Of a stretch of 64,000 nucleotides of DNA, positions 59,301-64,000 are shown piece by piece. The stretch's first letter is position 1, and each line of letters starts with the position of its first letter. Source of the DNA: Carpediemonas membranifera BICM (Eukaryota; Protista; Fornicata); NCBI GenBank assembly GCA_019828565.1, contig JAHDYR010000006.1, positions 310,001-374,000 on the forward strand, given 5' to 3'. The notes under the pieces are model-generated. The model was not told where the DNA came from. It was given only the letters and a program-made list of their open reading frames with translations, and did not search any database. The position numbers and the translations under genes were made by a program.

Positions 59301-60867
59301 GGTTTTGCCATCCATGCCAGGGGAGTGTGATGGACATGGTGGCGATCTTGCCCACGGAGATAACGCGGTCGTCCGCGGCGAACAGGCGGAGGTCCGACTC
59401 GCGCCATTGGATGTTTCCTGGTATCTTTGGGGCGAGGTGCTCGGATATGACGCAGACATCTGCGCCAGTGTCGAGCTTGGCTGGAAGTTGGACGGTTCCG
59501 GCGACCGTTACGGTTGTCTGTATGGGAATGGAGGTCGTTTGGACCTCGCCGACGGCGCCATCGCGTTGGTTCGCTCCGCAGTCCTTGGTTGTATGCTTTG
59601 AGTTCCAGCCATGCCTGTCACACCAGCGATTGAAAGACTTCGGGATGTAGAAATGCTCCTTGTCCTTAAACTGCTTGAACGGGTCCTGGCCTTCGACCTT
59701 GTGGGCCTTCGGCTTCAGCGGCTGGCCCTCGCGAGCAGAGGTGTCCTTGTTCGAGCACTGACTGTTATCATGCGGTGCCTTGTTGTCGGCCGGGATCGGC
59801 TTCGTCTTGGTCGACACGGCATAGGCCTGCCAGGGGACGACGATCTGGCCGAGATGGTCGGTCTCGAGGGTCGAGAGGGCGTCTATGCAGTCGCGGGCGG
59901 GACGCCAGTTGCCGTCCGAATCCCGCTCGATCAGCGCCTCGTATAGCGGGATCGCGTCGTCGTCGTATCCCTTGAGGGCGACAGACCGGACCGCAGCGCG
60001 GAGGGCGCTGTCGGGGATCTTATGGTAGCCATCGGCCTCGACGACGGGGTTGTACCCGTCGCACGCCTTCTGCAGGCGCAGAGTGTTAAGGCGGTGGGCC
60101 GCGTTCTGGCCGTACAGTTGGGTGCCCTTGCTCGTGATGGCCTTGAGGCGTGCACCGCGGTCGAGTGTTGGCATCAGGGTAAGGTACAGGTGAGGCAGGA
60201 TGGTCCTGGCCTCGGCGCGAAGCTGGTCACGCACGGACACGGGGGCGGAGGGGGCGGCCGTTGCCGCTGACGGGAGAGAGTTGACGATTCTCGCGACATC
60301 CGCGGCCGATCGGGCCGGTTTGTCGTCCAGGGGGTTCGTTAGCGTCGCGAAGGTGAGGGTCGCATCCGGGTCCGCCTCGTGGCGGTCGTGGCTGGCCGTG
60401 CAGAGGCTGGCGAGCTTATCGTTCAGCTCGGCCTCGGCGCGGTCGTAAACAGCCTGCATCCGGCGCATCGCCGGGTCGAGAAGCGGGCTGTCCTTATAGG
60501 TGTTGGCGGCTGCAGCACAGAGCAAGAAGAGATCGTCCTGCAGAGCGTCGATGATTGCGCGGTATCTTGCGCGGCACGACGTGGCGTGTCTGTCAGGTTC
60601 TTGCTTGGCGTGTTGTGCCTGCGAGACCACGTCAGGGATAAGGGAGTCCCAGAACGACTCGAAGGTCGGGAACGTGGAGGTGGGCCGCCATGTGGCTTGT
60701 AGAAGCTCGAGGGTCTTTGCCGTGAATGTGTGGGGGAAAGAACGGGGTCTTTTGACGTTACCGACTTCCCGTAACCAGATCTCGTACCCCGTTGTGAGGG
60801 AAGAGACGTCTATCACGGATAGACCACTGTGTGATTCTGTAGAAGCAGAATATCGATATTGTGCCAT
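56318..60867 (-). CDS. gag-pol polyprotein with three apparent frameshifts (~59320, ~58184, ~57525)
   Basis: Gag CDRHGWNSKHTTKDC knuckle; protease LDTGAD; RT LDLRSGYWQ, VPFGLKNAP, YVDD; RNase H LETDAS, EQELYAV, TDHKN, ADALSR; integrase HH-CPVC, IDTLGP, TDQGSQF, QSNGVVER; chromodomain LVHWEG. Confidence 0.9.
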
Positions 60868-60916
60868 TGTTGGCTTGCGCAGGTAGATCTGTTTACATAA
60901 ACTGCACTGGCTCTCA
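60860..60916 (-). repeat. 5' LTR (57 bp), containing the gag ATG
   Basis: Identical to 56233-56289; its last 8 nt, ATGGCACA, open the gag ORF (MAQ). Confidence 0.95.
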
Positions 60917-61104
60917 AAGCAAGCTCAGTCCGGGGCCTGATACCAGGCAAACGTAAATTTCTTTCTTTCACAACCCATAAAATCCATCGCACCGGTGAGC
61001 AGTCACAGAGACGCCCGGTACCGCAGCGCGCAAAGAGCCGCTGGGTCAGCTAGAATTGAGCAGCTGTGTGGACGGCAGGTCCTTGGGTAAGAGTGTATAT
61101 GTTG

Positions 61105-61703
61105 AAAGAAAGAAAGAAAGAAATTTATGGTGCTTGGATTCTGACCCCGGACTGAGCTTGTTTCCCGTTGTCTTGGAACTGAGTGCCCCGGGGTACTGCC
61201 TATTTCCCGTGGCAAACTGGTCAGCAGCGTTTGCCTTGGGCTTTCGGTGCTACTGTCTCCGCGGAAAGCCGATTCCAATCGCCCCAGAGGCCCTGCGGCC
61301 ATCTCCGTGCAAATATGCTTTCCTGTCTCCCTGAAAGTCCGGCAACTATCCGGGGAGCCTGGGGGTCTGTCCTCGGGGCATTGACAGGCAGGATCGTCCT
61401 GCAGAACCTTGACTATGACACTCCTTGCTTCCCTGCAGTCCTTGTAGAGCCGTTCAGCCACGGCACCCTCTCGTCTGTCCGGTTCCCCAATTCCATGCCC
61501 CCTCGACTCTGTTAGGAAGCCTACCCGAAGGCGGGGAAAGTGACTAAGTCCATGCTGTCTACCCCGGTTAGGTGGCGTGGGTCAGGGCATGGGTGGTGTA
61601 CCCCCAGGCACTAGGCCTGGTTGTCCTGTTACCCCTTACAACATTTCGCTTGCACTACATGTCCTTGGTTTCCCATGTCGTTTAACAAGGGCGGCAGGGG
61701 CAC
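61105..61703 (-). mobile_element. SINE-like retroposon copy 2 (~600 bp)
   Basis: (TTTC)n 3' tail; 15-bp TSD AGAGTGTATATGTTG at 61090-61104 and 61704-61718. Confidence 0.85.
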
Positions 61704-61864
61704 AGAGTGTATATGTTGTGTGGCCAGCAAAATCGAGTTTCACATGAGCTCACGGGCACCCTGGAGTGCCGAGGCGCGGGCGAGACCCCAGCGGGACCGG
61801 GTCGCCGTGCTAAGAGGTTGAATCTGGTGGCAGTTTCGGATACGAATCGAGGTGATTCGATCCG

Positions 61865-62466
61865 AAAGAAAAGAAAGAAAATTTATGGTGCCTGGTATCG
61901 GGCCCCGGTTACTTAGGCTGATCTCCCTTATTACTGGAGCCGAGTTCCCCGGGGCGCTGCCTCCTCCCTGCGATTGAACTTGTCAGCTGCGTCCAACGAG
62001 CGATTCGGTGCTACTGCTTCCGCTCACTCCCGATTTCACTTCCCCCCATAGGCCTTCGCCATCTCCGTGCGCTGAGCGCTTTCCTGTCTCCCTGTAAACC
62101 CGGCAGCTTCCAGGGAGCCTGGGGGTCTGTCCTCGGTGCTTCCACAGGCAGGTTTGTCCTGCAAGACCTTCTCTATAGCACTCCCTGATTCCCTGCAGTC
62201 CCTACGGGGTCGTTCAAGCATGACACCCTCTCCTCTTTCCAGATTCCCTGTTCAGTGCCCCCACGACCCTGTTAAGTGGCCTACCCGTGGGCGGGGAAAG
62301 CAACTAAGTCCCTCTCATCTACCCCTGTTAGGCGGCGTGGGTTAGGGCTAACACAGACTCTAGATCTGCAAGGCCTAGTACCCCTTATGATAGTTCTCTT
62401 GTGCTACACTTCCCAGCGTCCCTCTATCGTTCACAAGGGCGGCGGAAACGTCATGTCCCCCCGTAT
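61865..62466 (-). mobile_element. SINE-like retroposon copy 3 (~600 bp)
   Basis: (TTTC)n tail; 16-bp TSD GAGGTGATTCGATCCG at 61849-61864 and 62467-62482; collinear with copy 2 but diverged. Confidence 0.85.
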
Positions 62467-62579
62467 GAGGTGATTCGATCCGGGAGAATCGATGGCGCAA
62501 TCGACTGAAAATGGAGTCAGACCAAGAGAAATGGCGGAAGAGACCGCCGGACAGATAAGAGATAAATGTCCAACCCCCC

Positions 62580-62619
62580 CCTTGGGTAAGAGTGTATATG
62601 TTGTGTGGCCAGCAAAATC
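62580..62619. repeat. 40-bp repeat; uninterrupted copy of the SINE copy 2 target site
   Basis: CCTTGGGTAAGAGTGTATATGTTGTGTGGCCAGCAAAATC equals 61081-61104 joined to 61719-61734. Confidence 0.8.
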
Positions 62620-63188
62620 TGGCTGGCCTGGCCAAGCTGGCGTTACATCGCGCTGACAGGTTACCTCGGGTAACGGGCCGTGAGCGGAGGGCAATGAGAT
62701 CGCCTCGCTCCGGCATGGTGATGCGCCGACCAGGCGAGCCGCGCAGTTTATGCGGGCAGAATGGTAGAAAATTCGGAACATCCAGATCCGACGGCACGAT
62801 ACTGGTCAAGACCGGTATATCCGCCCAGTAGGTAAGCTGGCCGGAGTCCCCTGATCGTTTACACTAGCTCTCTTTAATAAACGATCGCCCCCGTTGGGTA
62901 GAGCAAGTATGTCTAGAGGCGAGCACCACTCGAGCCCATTGGCACCCGGGGTGCTGAGACGCCCGAGAGGGCGCACGGAAACGTGCAGTTTATGGCATCA
63001 GAATTTCGAATGCCCGAAGGCACATCGGGCCTAAAGGAGCCCGAGAAGAATAAATCCTTTACCCCCCCCTTTGGGGAGTATGAGTTAGGTGGCTAGCCTA
63101 GTCTAGCTCCTGTCACAGGACCATCACTGGCACCTGCGCGCGCCGATCAATGTGCACTTTAGGTCACACTTCGAAACGCATCGGCAGG

Positions 63189-63497
63189 ATGTCTGATAAC
63201 GAAGACCTGCCGCCGCAAGACAGTCCCGATGAGCTTAACAAGCGTATCGAGAAGCTGGAGCGCTTGGTTAAGATACAATCGGAAGCAATTTTGGAGCAGC
63301 AAGCAGAAGCAGCTCGCCGTCCACTGTTCCTGGAGATGCCAAAGAGGTTCGGCCTCGAAGATGAGGCCAGATTCGTATACAAGACCATGAATAGGATCGA
63401 GAACGGCGCAAAGATGAAGGAGATCGGGAACATTCTCTTTGCAAGAATCCAGTACCTTCTAATCAAGGACGTGTACACTGACGCTACTGCAGAGCGG
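63189..63497 (+). pseudogene. ORF (MSDNEDLPP...) interrupted by LTR element 2; possibly ORF1/gag of another mobile element
   Basis: Coding-like frame with an N-terminal coiled coil that runs into the LTR at 63498. Confidence 0.4.
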
Positions 63498-64000
63498 TGT
63501 GCCGGGGCGAAGAGATTGGAACATTTACATAAACTGCGGACGTGGATGCCTTATGACATCCTACCCCCCTTAAGCTTGAGCTTGTGGGACTTGAGGTAGT
63601 CACGTGCCGCAGTGACGTGGCGGAGCCCGTCAGCGGGTTCCCATGTGGGATCGTAGTCGCCCTCCCAGCAGACGAGGAGCTGCAGTGTGCCGTTGCGGCG
63701 ACGGTGCTTCTCGATGCCTTGCACGACGTACGTCTGCTCGTCGGAGGCGGCGAGGTTCTTCAGGCGGCTGAGCCCCGACTTGGTGTTGAAAGGAAGGACC
63801 TGGTCTACGTGAGCCATGAAGGGGGCGCTCTCGAAAAGGTCGACCAGCTGAAGGGTGTTGTTGTCCTTGATGGCGAGAATCTTGAACGGGCCGGCGAAGC
63901 CATGCAGCTTTGGGGTCTTCGTCCGGTTGAGCAGGACGAGGTCGCCTTCCTTGAAGCTAGTCGGCTGGCGGTCGGCGTTGGCCTTGGCGAGGCGCTTGTC
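63498..64000 (-). mobile_element. 3' end of a second chromodomain gypsy element: integrase tail, PPT (63559-63571) and ~61-bp LTR (63498-63558)
   Basis: GPFKI (GPY/F) motif; chromodomain YVVQGIEKHR...LVCWEGDYDPTWEP; PPT AAGGGGGGTAGGA; then TGTCA...GCAGTTTATGTAAA...GGCACA. Confidence 0.8.

Larger units (their letters stand above)
56233..60916 (-). mobile_element. Full-length Ty3/gypsy chromodomain LTR retrotransposon (4684 bp) with 57-bp LTRs
   Basis: Identical TG...CA direct repeats at 56233-56289 and 60860-60916; TSD AAGC at 56229-56232 and 60917-60920; PPT; domain order gag-PR-RT-RH-IN-chromodomain. Confidence 0.95.
55927..60969 (+). mobile_element. SINE-like repeat copy 1 (5'-truncated), split by the LTR element into 55927-56232 and 60921-60969
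   Basis: The rejoined halves are collinear with copies 2 and 3 (reverse complement) and end in TAAATTTCTTTCTTTC. Confidence 0.8.

Noticed and set aside
55927-61470. ~300-bp inverted repeats flanking the retrotransposon as TIRs or DIRS ITRs
   Set aside because: They are two independent SINE copies in opposite orientation. Copy 2 has its own TSD and tail, and copy 1 is split by the LTR element's AAGC TSD.

Overview
A gene-dense, GC-rich eukaryotic (protist) window. At least 11 spliceosomal introns are only 28-34 nt long, with the branch point fused to the 3' splice site, which suggests a metamonad/fornicate-like organism (inference). Positions 1-55.2 kb are mostly housekeeping and cell-biology genes: a CDP-alcohol phosphotransferase, acid phosphatase, RPAP1-like protein, Pus10, TmcB-like membrane protein, Pin1, an FHA protein, a WD40-kinase-HECT-like-RhoGEF giant, FTase beta, CHMP7, RPL26, Vps4, G-beta, an F-box/LRR-like protein, two tandem-repeat coiled-coil proteins, CDC48 and katanin p60. 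Two broken genes (topoisomerase II and Sec15) have (TAAGG)n telomere-like tracts at their breakpoints, one as a head-to-head (TAAGG)n(CCTTA)n junction. Positions 55.6-64 kb are a nest of mobile elements. The strongest signal is a complete chromodomain-bearing Ty3/gypsy element (56233-60916) with identical LTRs of only 57 bp, a 4-bp TSD, a PPT, the gag ATG inside the LTR and no tRNA-type PBS. A 57-bp solo LTR (48626-48682) and a second element with a ~61-bp LTR share its GCAGTTTATGTAAA core. A ~600-bp SINE-like family with (TTTC)n tails and 15-16-bp TSDs occurs three times.
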